Shown: positions 29,868-40,102, numbered from the stretch's first letter. The stretch is 64,000 nucleotides of DNA from an uncultured Spirochaetota bacterium (GCA_963768055.1 CAVYGN010000001.1:1312001-1376000); one strand, 5' to 3'. The notes: generated by a model from the letters alone, not told the origin. Numbers and translations are program-made.

Positions 29868-31898
29868 ATGAGCTTCGGCAATATTGTAAGTCCGGTTAAT
29901 ACCGGTCAAAGTTTAACGGAATTTTTCGAAGAAATACCGTTTCCGGTACTGAGGATCTCCAGGGATGGCGTCATTTTAAAGGCTAACAAGGGCAGCTGGA
30001 TCATATTATCATACTGGCAGAGGGATGAAGGGCAGGCTGTTCCTCCGGAATTTATGGAAATTCTGAATAAATCCATCCAAATTGAATCCAACAATGAAAT
30101 AGAATTACAGATCGGATTTAAAATATTCTTACTTGCAATTGTATCCGTATCAAATAGCGGTTATATCGATCTTTTCGGTTTTGATATAACGCAAAGAAAA
30201 CAGATCGAAAAAAAACTTCAGCTTAACGCTCAGGTTTTTGAATCCGCGACTGAAGCGATCATGATTACCGATACCGACCAGCGAATCCTGGATGTAAACA
30301 ACGCATTCTGTAATATTACCGGCTATGAACGCGAAGAGATCCTGGGTGAAAATGCAAGAATTCTTCAGTCGGGAAAGCATAGTCCTGAATTTTATCAGGA
30401 ATTATGGAATTCGGTCAATGAGAAGGGAAGCTGGCAGGGAGAGATATGGGACCGTAAGAAAAACGGGGATATTTATCCGAAATTGCTTACGATCAGTTCA
30501 GTGGTCAATGAAGAAGGCAAGGTCATAAGATATGTCGGATTGTTTTCGGATATCAGCGTTATGAAGGAATCGGAAGAAAAACTCTATCATATGGCTAACT
30601 TTGACGTTCTTACCGGTCTCGTTAACCGGAGATATTTCCAGGATCAGCTTGAAAAAAATCTGCAGCATGCAAGAAGATTGAAAGATCTGCTGGCCTTGAT
30701 GTTTATAGACCTGGATGGTTTTAAACTTCTCAATGATAATTTCGGGCATCAAGCCGGAGATCAGACCCTACGCATCGTTTCCGAAAGGCTAGTGGGAAGT
30801 GTAAGGGACACGGATATTGTAGCCAGAATGGGGGGAGACGAATTTACTATAATACTTCCCTTTATCAAAAGCTCTCAAAATATTGTGACGATTGCCGAAA
30901 AAATCCTTAAACATATCATTCAGCCTTTAAAACTTAAAAACGCCGAACTTTTTATTAGCGCAAGTATCGGGATCGCGATTTTTCCCAACGATGCAAAAAG
31001 CGCCGAAGAATTGGTCCAGAATGCCGATGCCGCCCTATACAGGGCAAAGCAGATAGGAAAAAACCTTTACCAGTTTTTTTCTCCCGAAATGAATAAATAT
31101 GTAAAAAACAGGTTGTCAATCCAGACAAAGCTGCGTCATGCCCTGGAGAAAAATCAATTCAGAATATATTATCAGCCTCAATACGATATTAAGAATAATT
31201 GCATTATAGGGATGGAATCCCTTTTACGGTGGAAAACGGGAAGCAACAATTTCATTGATCCCGATTATTTTATCCCAATTGCCGAAGAAACAGGCCTGAT
31301 TAACGAAATCGGGGAGTTTGTCCTTCGTCATGCCTGTGAGCAGGGGAAAAAATGGCTGGATGAAGGACTTTTGCATATTCCAATATCCGTCAATATATCG
31401 GTTATCCAATTACGCCGTCCCGAATTTATAAAAAAAATAAAATCGATCATTAAAGAATCCGGTTTCCCTCCTGACAAACTTGAATTCGAGCTTACCGAAA
31501 CGATCCTCATTGAAAATGTCGGAGATATTCAGAATAAGCTGGGAGAGCTTAAATTATTGGGATGCTCGATAGTAATCGACGACTTTGGGACAAAATATTC
31601 ATCATTCTCTTATTTAAAGATCCTTCCGATAGATAAATTGAAGATCGATAGATCTTTTATTCAGGATATTACGGAGAACGCTAAAAGCGCGGATATTGTA
31701 AAGGCAATTATCGCCATGGGCCGAAACCTGAAATTGACGGTTATTACGGAAGGAGTTGAAACTCAGGAACAGATCGATTTTTTAAGGGAGAACGGATGTT
31801 TTTATATACAGGGTTTTTATTTCAGCAATCCTGTTCCTGCTCCGCAGATCCGCAATCTATTGCTTTGTGAAAAACGAACCGCCAAGGGAGGGTCTTAG
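29868..31898 (+). CDS. PAS-PAS-GGDEF-EAL diguanylate cyclase/phosphodiesterase
   Basis: PAS (ITGYEREEILG...WQGEIWDRKKNG), RDTD I-site, intact GGDEF, ESLLRW, DDFGTKYSS. Confidence 0.93.
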   Translation: MSFGNIVSPVNTGQSLTEFFEEIPFPVLRISRDGVILKANKGSWIILSYWQRDEGQAVPPEFMEILNKSIQIESNNEIELQIGFKIFLLAIVSVSNSGYIDLFGFDITQRKQIEKKLQLNAQVFESATEAIMITDTDQRILDVNNAFCNITGYEREEILGENARILQSGKHSPEFYQELWNSVNEKGSWQGEIWDRKKNGDIYPKLLTISSVVNEEGKVIRYVGLFSDISVMKESEEKLYHMANFDVLTGLVNRRYFQDQLEKNLQHARRLKDLLALMFIDLDGFKLLNDNFGHQAGDQTLRIVSERLVGSVRDTDIVARMGGDEFTIILPFIKSSQNIVTIAEKILKHIIQPLKLKNAELFISASIGIAIFPNDAKSAEELVQNADAALYRAKQIGKNLYQFFSPEMNKYVKNRLSIQTKLRHALEKNQFRIYYQPQYDIKNNCIIGMESLLRWKTGSNNFIDPDYFIPIAEETGLINEIGEFVLRHACEQGKKWLDEGLLHIPISVNISVIQLRRPEFIKKIKSIIKESGFPPDKLEFELTETILIENVGDIQNKLGELKLLGCSIVIDDFGTKYSSFSYLKILPIDKLKIDRSFIQDITENAKSADIVKAIIAMGRNLKLTVITEGVETQEQIDFLRENGCFYIQGFYFSNPVPAPQIRNLLLCEKRTAKGGS

Positions 31899-31900
31899 CG

Positions 31901-32386
31901 ATGAAAACCGAATTTAACCAGATTATCAACCCTGACTGGAATGAAATCGATCGCCTTTATAATGCGGCCAACGATTTTTTCTTTTCCTATTTTAATGCCG
32001 AATACACCGAAATGTTTACAATGATCACCTGCGAACTTGCTGAAAACAGCATAAAATACGGGGATTTTAAAAATAATATCAATAAAATTGAAATCAACGT
32101 CAAGATCATAGATAAAAGAATCTATATTTTAGTGAAGAACCCTGTAGGGGAATTTGCAAAGCCTTATCTCACGGAGCTTGATAAAACGATACAATGGGTG
32201 CGGGGTTTCCAGGACCCTTATGAGGCGTACATAGAAAGATTGAAGGAAATCTCAATGGAACCGTTCGATAACAATAAAAGCGGCCTCGGGTTAGTAAGAA
32301 TTTCTTATGAAGGGCGCGCGACATTAGACTTCTTCATTAATGAAGAAAAAATATTGAACGTCTCCGCCGTTTCATTAATTAAGTAA
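31901..32386 (+). CDS. HATPase-fold Ser/Thr kinase, SiaB/anti-sigma-like
   Basis: N-box CELAENSIKYG and G-box SGLGLVRI in a 161-aa stand-alone protein. Confidence 0.75.
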   Translation: MKTEFNQIINPDWNEIDRLYNAANDFFFSYFNAEYTEMFTMITCELAENSIKYGDFKNNINKIEINVKIIDKRIYILVKNPVGEFAKPYLTELDKTIQWVRGFQDPYEAYIERLKEISMEPFDNNKSGLGLVRISYEGRATLDFFINEEKILNVSAVSLIK

Positions 32387-32405
32387 TTGATTTTGGGGGA
32401 ATTAT

Positions 32406-32780
32406 ATGAGTTCGACAAACGAAACATTCACCAATGCCCAGCTACAGCTCGAAAGGTCTGAAGAAGGGAATTCCATTATCCTGCGCCTGCTCGGTAAGAG
32501 CATTTTACGCAATCCCAATGAATTTATAATGCCTGTCCTGCTGGAAACCGTCACGAAGGCGGCGGAGCAAAAAAAACGATTAATTATCGATTTCAGCGAC
32601 CTGGTTTATATGAACTCTTCCACCCTTTCCCCCTTTATAAAAATCCTGGAGAAAATCAGGATAGGCGATGGAGAGATCACATTGCTGTATAAAAAGGCAT
32701 TGAAATGGCAGGATATATCGTTCTCGGCTCTGGTAATTTTTCAAACTAATGATAAAAGAATAGAGATCAAGGGGGTTTAA
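32406..32780 (+). CDS. STAS/SiaC-like phospho-acceptor protein
   Basis: LRLLGKSILRNPNEFIMPVL...IIDFSDLVYMNSST, matching the STAS/SiaC phosphosite loop. Confidence 0.7.
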   Translation: MSSTNETFTNAQLQLERSEEGNSIILRLLGKSILRNPNEFIMPVLLETVTKAAEQKKRLIIDFSDLVYMNSSTLSPFIKILEKIRIGDGEITLLYKKALKWQDISFSALVIFQTNDKRIEIKGV

Positions 32781-32781
32781 A

Positions 32782-34176
32782 GTGGAAAATATTCCTAAAA
32801 TATTTTCCGGTTTCCTTACTACAAAATCTGAAAAAGTTGAGATAGAAGCCCGATATGCGACTAAATATTCGGTTTTAATAGTTCTTAAGGAAAATATTAA
32901 TATTGAAGAAATCGTTAATCTTGAACTGCAGGTTGAAAACAATCTTGTGCCGATAGGGCCATGCAGGATAATAATGGCAACAGAAAACAAGGGAAAAGTA
33001 TTCCATATTCTGCCTTCAACAAATATCCACAATTTTGAGAAACTTTTCTACCGCTCGAAGATAGAGAACCTTGAAGCGGATTCCTTGAGCCTGCCTCTAA
33101 TGATAGATTATAAAAATAAAATCAAGACCGAGTTTAAAGAATATGTTACAAATCTCACTTACGACCTCAGTATTTATACTTATTTACTGGGCCGGATGGA
33201 TATAGCTTCCAGAGACGAACCGGCCGAAGTAAAAAATTATATTCAGCAGGTCCTCATAAACGGAATGGGGGCTAACCTAAGGGTCTATCTTGAAAATTCA
33301 TTGTGGTCCCTTGAACAGATTGTTAAAAATTTCAGCGATGAAGAACATGAGCACCATGGTTTTTATTTCCGAAGGCAGCTCTGGTTCATGCTCCTCCAGG
33401 CCCCTATAATGGCAAGATCGAACCTTAAACCTCGAGGTTATAACGGGGATTCCGAGATGATGAGAATGATCTATCAAAACGATTACCTGGGTAACACGAC
33501 ATTCGGAAAAATACTTCATAAATTCTCTATGGATCAGCCCGCCGCCCAGTCGGTCCGCAACAGAAGGACTGAAATAGTAAAAAAGTATTATTCCGTCAGG
33601 CAAAACATTAAGGTCAATCCGGATGAAAAAATACGCATATTAACAGTCGCATGCGGTCCGGCGGTTGAAATAAGGGACATTTTAAAGTCAAAGGAAGATT
33701 GCGAGAGCCTGCATTTTTCCCTGCTCGACCAGGATGAAAAGGCCTTATCCGAAGCCGTTTCTTTAATCAATGTGGTTGAAAGGTCTTTTTTAACGAAAGT
33801 GTCCCTGGATATAATAAAAGAATCGGTCAGAATTATGCTCATTAATCCGGATTTTATAAACAGGTGGGGCAGTTTTCATTTTATCTATTCTATGGGCTTG
33901 TTCGATTATTTAACCGCCCCTGTTGCTTCCGCCGTCTTAAAAAAGTTATACGAATTGCTGACCCCTGGAGGCGAGATGGTGATAGGAAACCTGAATCCTT
34001 CAAACCCCAGCCGGCGTTTTATGGAATACTGGCATGACTGGAAAATTATATACCGGACTGAGGATGAGTTTTTAGAACTGGCGAATGAGATTCAAGGCGG
34101 GGAATGCAATATCGAATTTGATGAAACAAAAATACAAATGCTCTTATGCATCAAAAAAGGGAAATCAAATGAGTAA
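32782..34176 (+). CDS. Class I SAM methyltransferase, PhcB-like (3-hydroxy fatty acid methyl ester synthase family)
   Basis: KPRGYNGDSEMM, AAQSVRNR, ILTVACGPAVEI, LLDQDEKAL, YSMGLFDYL, LTPGGEMVIGN, W-x-IIYR. Confidence 0.75.
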   Translation: MENIPKIFSGFLTTKSEKVEIEARYATKYSVLIVLKENINIEEIVNLELQVENNLVPIGPCRIIMATENKGKVFHILPSTNIHNFEKLFYRSKIENLEADSLSLPLMIDYKNKIKTEFKEYVTNLTYDLSIYTYLLGRMDIASRDEPAEVKNYIQQVLINGMGANLRVYLENSLWSLEQIVKNFSDEEHEHHGFYFRRQLWFMLLQAPIMARSNLKPRGYNGDSEMMRMIYQNDYLGNTTFGKILHKFSMDQPAAQSVRNRRTEIVKKYYSVRQNIKVNPDEKIRILTVACGPAVEIRDILKSKEDCESLHFSLLDQDEKALSEAVSLINVVERSFLTKVSLDIIKESVRIMLINPDFINRWGSFHFIYSMGLFDYLTAPVASAVLKKLYELLTPGGEMVIGNLNPSNPSRRFMEYWHDWKIIYRTEDEFLELANEIQGGECNIEFDETKIQMLLCIKKGKSNE

Positions 34177-35629
34177 TGGTAAAATCAAATTGAATTTACG
34201 GCGTTTTTTCTCCGACAGCCGCATCGAGCAACTGTCTTTAGAGGCGATTGAATCGGGCGATTTTCATTCCTACCAGACGGTCATAATGCATGACTGGCTC
34301 CAGACGCTTACAGCCCTGGCGGTCGTTCTTGTCCCCGCTTTCTTTCTGCTTGACGTCTTCATGATGCCTGAGAGCAGCTTCCTGCCTTTATTTGCCTTAT
34401 ACAGGGGCATTTCGGCTTTACTGGTAATAATCCAGGTGATTATAATTCGCAATACAAGGCCCGGACGCCTTTCATACTTTCATGGTTATTTTATTACCCT
34501 TCAGATAGGATTTATAATCAGCTTAATGACAAATAATCTGGGGGGATTCGACTCAAGCTATTATGCCGGCTTGAATCTAGTCATTATAGGGGTAAATTTA
34601 TTGATGCCCTGGAAAGCCTACCATACCGGAATAAATTCCCTGATAATATTATTGATGTATATTTCAATAAATCTCCTGTCGCCCCACGTTTTTTCTACCC
34701 ATTACCTAATCAATAATCTATCCTTCCTTGTTTCGACTTCTATTTTAGCGATCAGCATCAATTTTGTCCGTTATATTCTCATTAAGAAAGAATTCAACCT
34801 CCTCGTCGAATTAAAAAAGGCTAAAGACGCTCTATGGAGCGAGATCGAACTCGCGAAAAGAATTCAAATGGCGCTGCTTCCTCAGCTTAAACAGCTTACA
34901 GGTTTTCATGTAGCCGATATCATGATCCCGGCAAAAGATGTGGGCGGCGATTATTACGATATTATAGAAACCGAACGCGGCCAGAGATGGGTGGCGATCG
35001 GAGACGTTGCGGGACATGGCGTGGATTCGGGTCTTATAATGATGATGGCCCAGACGACGATAATGACACTGATCAAAGGGAACCGGGCCATGAAAATAAC
35101 GGATATACTTAACGAAACCAATAATGTTTTAAGAGAGGATATCTCCAGGCTCGGTTCGAATCATTATATGACCCTTATGCTGTTGAACCTTGAAGACAAT
35201 AAAATAACTGTTGCGGGCCATCATCAGGATCTTTTATTATATCATGCCAGAGAAAATAAAATCGAGGTGATCGAAACCAATGGAACATGGCTTGGAATTA
35301 CCGATAATATAAGCGGCTATATGGAAATAAAAACTTTCAATATAAAAGAAGGCGATACTATACTTTTATTCACGGACGGGGCTACGGAAAGAATAAATGA
35401 AAACGGTGAAATGTACGGCCAGGAAAGGCTTATGGAAACATTCTGCAAATACGCCCCCCTGCCGGTTGAAAAAACGCTTGAACTCCTTCTTTCAGATATT
35501 CAGTCGTTTCAGATAGACCAGGAAGACGATATTACCCTTATTATATTAAAAAAGGAAACTTCCGGGGATGACAAAGCCAACCGGATGAGCATAAAAAAGA
35601 AACGGCCGGCTCGAAAAAGTCATAAATAA
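34169..35629 (+). CDS. Multi-TM sensor + SpoIIE/PP2C phosphatase
   Basis: TM region with GGFDSSYYAGLNLV; VGGDYYD, GDVAGHG, FTDG, DDITL; overlaps the methyltransferase stop. Confidence 0.88.
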   Translation: MSNGKIKLNLRRFFSDSRIEQLSLEAIESGDFHSYQTVIMHDWLQTLTALAVVLVPAFFLLDVFMMPESSFLPLFALYRGISALLVIIQVIIIRNTRPGRLSYFHGYFITLQIGFIISLMTNNLGGFDSSYYAGLNLVIIGVNLLMPWKAYHTGINSLIILLMYISINLLSPHVFSTHYLINNLSFLVSTSILAISINFVRYILIKKEFNLLVELKKAKDALWSEIELAKRIQMALLPQLKQLTGFHVADIMIPAKDVGGDYYDIIETERGQRWVAIGDVAGHGVDSGLIMMMAQTTIMTLIKGNRAMKITDILNETNNVLREDISRLGSNHYMTLMLLNLEDNKITVAGHHQDLLLYHARENKIEVIETNGTWLGITDNISGYMEIKTFNIKEGDTILLFTDGATERINENGEMYGQERLMETFCKYAPLPVEKTLELLLSDIQSFQIDQEDDITLIILKKETSGDDKANRMSIKKKRPARKSHK

Positions 35630-35691
35630 ATGGAGGTGTCACGCATGACCAGTACTACTTGCGATCCTTTCGACCAGACAAAAGAGGTTTT

Positions 35692-36099
35692 ATGAATATC
35701 TTTGAAGCGATAAGGGATGAAAGCATAGAAAAGGTAAAAGAAGCGATAGAAAACGGAGCTGACATCAACGAAAAAGATCCCGACGGCATGTCGGTATTAA
35801 TGAAAATAATCGATTCAAATAATTTCGATAACCGCATTGAAGCCGTAAAACTGCTGATAGACAAGGGTGTTTTAATTAATGAAAAGAATCCGCTTGGGTG
35901 GACTGCCCTGGCTTTCGCTTCGAAAAACAATCTGCTGGAGATCGCCGAGCTGCTGATCATTAGCGGAGCCGATGTGAAAGCAAACGGTATTTATAACGGG
36001 GACGAGGGAAGCATTACCGGCAATATAGCGTTTCTCTGCGCCATTTATAACAGGAACGATGAAATGAAAAAACTGCTTAGCGATCATGGAGCAAAATAA
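35692..36099 (+). CDS. Ankyrin repeat protein
   Basis: GADINEKD, GWTALAFA, LLIISGADV, LLSDHGA; GAGG RBS. Confidence 0.88.
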   Translation: MNIFEAIRDESIEKVKEAIENGADINEKDPDGMSVLMKIIDSNNFDNRIEAVKLLIDKGVLINEKNPLGWTALAFASKNNLLEIAELLIISGADVKANGIYNGDEGSITGNIAFLCAIYNRNDEMKKLLSDHGAK

Positions 36100-36322
36100 A
36101 ATTCTTACAATCCCTATTCCATCGGTGAAATAATCAGATTGACACAAAAAAAAGAGCTTGTTCTTGCAGAAAATAATTTAATTAACTATAATATTACCGT
36201 TATTTATAGCAAATACGCTTTAGCATCATGATTTGACGAAAAATATTTCAATCGGACAAAAATTAAATAAATAGTAATTAATAAATGATTTTGTTGAAGG
36301 GGGTTGTATATAAAAAAGGGGG

Positions 36323-37585
36323 ATGTTTCCTATGTCGTTAAAGCAGATCATACCGTTCCTTATCCTAGGGCTTTTCTTCAGTTGCGGCCCCAGTAAAAGC
36401 GATACTGTTTTAAACAGTCTGACCAACAAGGACAAAGCCACGATATTGAACAAAAAAGGCGTATCGATGTACAAAACTATGGTGGATAACGGCGACCTGA
36501 AAAGCGCGCCGGACGTGAAAAACATTTTCCAGCAGGCGCTGGAATTTGATCCGAAGAACAGCGACTCGCTTTCGTATATTGCAAAAGTAGATAAGTTTGT
36601 CAGCAGTTTCATCGACAAATATATCAACGCCGCTAAAGCAAATATGAACAAGAAGAAAAGAACGGATGCCGACGATTACGCTCTTTGCACCACTCTTCAA
36701 AAAGCAGGGACAATAGATCCGAACAACAAGGATTTAATCGTCTTAAAGGATAGTTCAAAAGATATCCGTGAAAAATTCGCGAAAAAAATGCAGTCTTCCG
36801 GAGACGCCGCCCTTACCGCCTCGAAAACTTCAAAAAACAAGGATGCCCAGGAAAAGCAGGTGTTCAAGGCTATTCAGTTTTATAATATGGGCCTGGCCGC
36901 CTCCACCGGGCAGGATTCGTCTCTTAATTCCAAAAAGTCCGAAGCCGTGGGCATTATTTCAACCAAAATCGATTCCATGTTAAGCGATGCAAGAGCTCTG
37001 GTAAACTCTAAAAAATACAAGGACGCGGATGCGCTCGCCAGGAAAATCGTTCCCTACAATCTTGCCGCCGACCATAAATATGACGACCAGATAAAAAAAC
37101 TTCAATACGATATCAATTTTGCTTGGGCAGGCCAGCTTTTCGATTCCGGAAAGCTGGATGCCGCTTCCGATAAAATAGATGCGGCTGTACGCTACAACAA
37201 AACGGACGAGGCTGTCGCCCTCCAGGCCAAGATTCAGGAAAAAAAGGATAAAGCGGATATCGCCGCCTCCTTCCCCGCATGGGTGGAAAATATCGACGAA
37301 CTCATATCCCGGATGGATTTTTATACCGCTACGCAGAAAATCAATTATATAGAGGCCAGGTTAAAGGACGAGCCGAGAAAGGCGCAGCTTGAGGCAAGGA
37401 AAAAAAGGATGCTTGGCCAGGTTGAAACTCTTTATAAAACGGCAGTCGATAATTTCGTTAATGAGAATTATGACGATGCCGTTAGCCAGTTCCAAGGCGT
37501 TCTGGCGGTCTCGCCGGGTTATAAGGATTCCGACAATTACCTGCAGGAAGCCAAATCCAAGGAAAAGATCCTGAAATCTTATTAA
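36323..37585 (+). CDS. TPR-like helical lipoprotein
   Basis: Lipobox LFFSC; helical repeats; C-terminal PGYKDSDNYL. Confidence 0.7.
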   Translation: MFPMSLKQIIPFLILGLFFSCGPSKSDTVLNSLTNKDKATILNKKGVSMYKTMVDNGDLKSAPDVKNIFQQALEFDPKNSDSLSYIAKVDKFVSSFIDKYINAAKANMNKKKRTDADDYALCTTLQKAGTIDPNNKDLIVLKDSSKDIREKFAKKMQSSGDAALTASKTSKNKDAQEKQVFKAIQFYNMGLAASTGQDSSLNSKKSEAVGIISTKIDSMLSDARALVNSKKYKDADALARKIVPYNLAADHKYDDQIKKLQYDINFAWAGQLFDSGKLDAASDKIDAAVRYNKTDEAVALQAKIQEKKDKADIAASFPAWVENIDELISRMDFYTATQKINYIEARLKDEPRKAQLEARKKRMLGQVETLYKTAVDNFVNENYDDAVSQFQGVLAVSPGYKDSDNYLQEAKSKEKILKSY

Positions 37586-37597
37586 AGGAAGATATAT

Positions 37598-39757
37598 ATG
37601 TCTGAAAAACAACAAATCTGGTTATTCCTTATATTAGATATAACTGTTTATACCATTTTAATAATCTGGCTGTTTCTGCCTCTTATTTTCCCGGCTTCAC
37701 CAATAAAACTTCAACTGATGAAACTTACATCTAACCCCATCATGTTTAAGGAAGCGACAGGACTTTCAGGTTTGGCCTTTTATTACGCGTCGTTTCTCAT
37801 TTATCTTATTCCTTTAGCGTTAATATATAAAATATTCTCGATCTTTTTAAAGGAAAAATATCAGGTCTTTTTCAATCCTTTCAATTATTTCTCGTTTCTG
37901 ATCAATTTTATCCTTTCGGGGCTGGTCCTTGCTTACATTGTCATTTTTATTATGAACAACGCGGGCAGTCTCCAATATTTGAAAACATTCGATATTTTTA
38001 CGGATATTATCATTGCCGTATTGATTGCTTTCAGCATTCTTCAGCCCTTCCACACGATCGATAAATTCAGGGGGTTATCGGCTTCTTACCGCAAATACCT
38101 GGAATTGACGCTTGCATACTCCGATAAGAAAGACAGCAGAGAGCTTCCCAAACAAATGAACGGAGTCGGAATTCTGCCTAAACTCTTCGTATCTTTTATC
38201 GTAGCAATCGCAATGATCATTATTTTCTTAAGCGTTATCCTTTTAGCCGGTTTCAAGAACACCATCCAGGAATCCGTAATAGCGACCGGTTCGATGCTTG
38301 CGGACCAGAGCGTAAGTTATATCAAGGATAATCTCAGCAAGGAAAAATTGTTCTTTATCAATTCCTACCTTAAAAAGGAGGCGATAAAAAACAAGGATTC
38401 GGCGCTGGCCTTCGATTCCCTGTCCTGGTATAACGAGGATCCTAAACTGGGCAAGTACAATATTAAGCTTTCCACCGATGACAGGCTCGTCGGAAAAGAG
38501 ATATCCCCGGAATATGAGTCGATTGAAGATCCTACGCCGAGTTATGATAAAATCAGCCAGACTTTCAACATCGTTGCGCCGATAAAAGTGAGCACCAAAA
38601 AAATCGGGTTTTCCGTCGTGCAATACAAGGAATCTGAAATATATAAAACATATTATAAAACCCAGCTGAGTGTCGCATTTTTTGCACTAATGATTATTTA
38701 TCTCGCGGTGATAATGGTCTATTTTATCGGAAGCAACATCGTCCTGCCGATAATACTTCTGCAGTACGGGGTAAAAAGGATAGGATCGACTCTTTCCGCT
38801 ATGATTAGAGGTACGGAAAAGGTCCAGGTTGCGGCCCTTCAATATGATAACCAGGTAAAAACCAAAGACGAGATACAGGCATTATCCTATGAGGTCAACA
38901 GCATGGTAACGGTCATAAAAGGAATCATTCCGTATATTTCAGCCTCGACGCTCCAGCATTCGGACAGGGGAGAAATAACATCCGTGATCAAGCATCTCAC
39001 TTTCCTTTTTACAGATATCCGAGGTTTCACGAGCATGAGCGAAGGCAAATCCCCTGATGAAGTCGTCCAGATCCTTAATCATTATCTCGACCTGCAGACA
39101 CAGATCATACTTGACAACTTCGGCGACATAGATAAATTTGTCGGCGATGAGGTGATGGCGGTTTTCGACGGGGAAGAAAAGGAAAAAAATGCCGCAAAGG
39201 CATGCCTGGCTATCATCCTGGCTATGCAGGAGGAAAAGGAAAAAAGGGAGGCGGAAAAACTGCCCGTTGTAGATATCGGCATCGGCATCAATTCGGGCGA
39301 AGCGGTCTTCGGAAGCATGGGGGCTCGCGAAAGAATGGACTTTACCTGCATCGGCGACAATGTCAATCTGGCGGCCAGGCTCGAAGGGGCTAACAAAGCC
39401 TATAAATCCAAGTGCCTTGTAACGGAAAGCGTTTATATAAAGATAAAAGACGATTTTCTGTGCCGCGAGATCGATTTTATGACCGTCAAAGGCAAGAAGG
39501 AGCCTGTAAGGATTTTTGAAATTCTCCATGAAACAGGCGCTCACGATAAAAAATACGGGGAATTAATAGAACATTTTGAAAAGGGGCTGCGGCTCTATCG
39601 CGAGGCTAAATGGGACGAGGCTCTTTCGGTCTTCAAGAACCTGATTACTAAATACCAGGACGGCCCGAGCACCGTATTTTCTGACCGCTGCCTTATTTTC
39701 AAGAAAAACCCGCCGCCTGCGGATTGGGACGGGGTCTTCAGCCTGGAAACAAAATAA
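37598..39757 (+). CDS. Membrane class III adenylate cyclase with periplasmic and HAMP-like domains
   Basis: FTDIRGFT, DKFVGDEVM, DFTCIGDNVNLAARLE, VKGK; K/D specificity residues suggest ATP. Confidence 0.9.
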   Translation: MSEKQQIWLFLILDITVYTILIIWLFLPLIFPASPIKLQLMKLTSNPIMFKEATGLSGLAFYYASFLIYLIPLALIYKIFSIFLKEKYQVFFNPFNYFSFLINFILSGLVLAYIVIFIMNNAGSLQYLKTFDIFTDIIIAVLIAFSILQPFHTIDKFRGLSASYRKYLELTLAYSDKKDSRELPKQMNGVGILPKLFVSFIVAIAMIIIFLSVILLAGFKNTIQESVIATGSMLADQSVSYIKDNLSKEKLFFINSYLKKEAIKNKDSALAFDSLSWYNEDPKLGKYNIKLSTDDRLVGKEISPEYESIEDPTPSYDKISQTFNIVAPIKVSTKKIGFSVVQYKESEIYKTYYKTQLSVAFFALMIIYLAVIMVYFIGSNIVLPIILLQYGVKRIGSTLSAMIRGTEKVQVAALQYDNQVKTKDEIQALSYEVNSMVTVIKGIIPYISASTLQHSDRGEITSVIKHLTFLFTDIRGFTSMSEGKSPDEVVQILNHYLDLQTQIILDNFGDIDKFVGDEVMAVFDGEEKEKNAAKACLAIILAMQEEKEKREAEKLPVVDIGIGINSGEAVFGSMGARERMDFTCIGDNVNLAARLEGANKAYKSKCLVTESVYIKIKDDFLCREIDFMTVKGKKEPVRIFEILHETGAHDKKYGELIEHFEKGLRLYREAKWDEALSVFKNLITKYQDGPSTVFSDRCLIFKKNPPPADWDGVFSLETK

Positions 39758-39765
39758 GATTCAAT

Positions 39766-39876
39766 TTAATCCGCCTCGACTTTGACGACCCCCTCTTTTT
39801 TCAGGGCTTCTTCGATCGTGTTTTCACAGTGATGGCATGTCATTCCCTCGATTTTAAAAATCTTACGGATATTCAT
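39766..39876 (-). pseudogene. Truncated CopZ/HMA metal chaperone
   Basis: MNIRKIFKIEGMTCHHCENTIEEALKKEGVVKVEAD* (36 aa, GMTCxxC motif), AAGGAG RBS. Confidence 0.8.
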
Positions 39877-39879
39877 TAA

Positions 39880-40050
39880 TTAACTCCTTTTTTCATAATT
39901 TTTACCGAGTTTAATTCTCTTAGGCGAGAGAGAATTGGTTACAACCCTCAAAAACAAAACTTCCGTTCTGGTTAAGAGTGGCTCCAATAACTGCGGAACC
40001 TGTCTTTTCTCGACAGGTATGCTTTCACCAGTCACCACGATTTCATCGAA
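39880..40050 (-). pseudogene. Relic of a CopA-like P1B-type ATPase
   Basis: Fragments FDEIVVTGESIPVEK / GSAVIGATLNQNGS joined to the C-terminal-like VVTNSL, in shifting frames. Confidence 0.7.
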
Positions 40051-40102
40051 AGATTTGACCAGCCGAGCCGATCAAGTTTAATATTATAAGAGGATAATTA
40101 AG

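Noticed and set aside
38939..39544. Long antisense ORFs (this one, also 14446-15024, 21300-21770, 59490-59939 and similar)
   Set aside because: Shadow frames opposite well-supported genes, with no motifs of their own.
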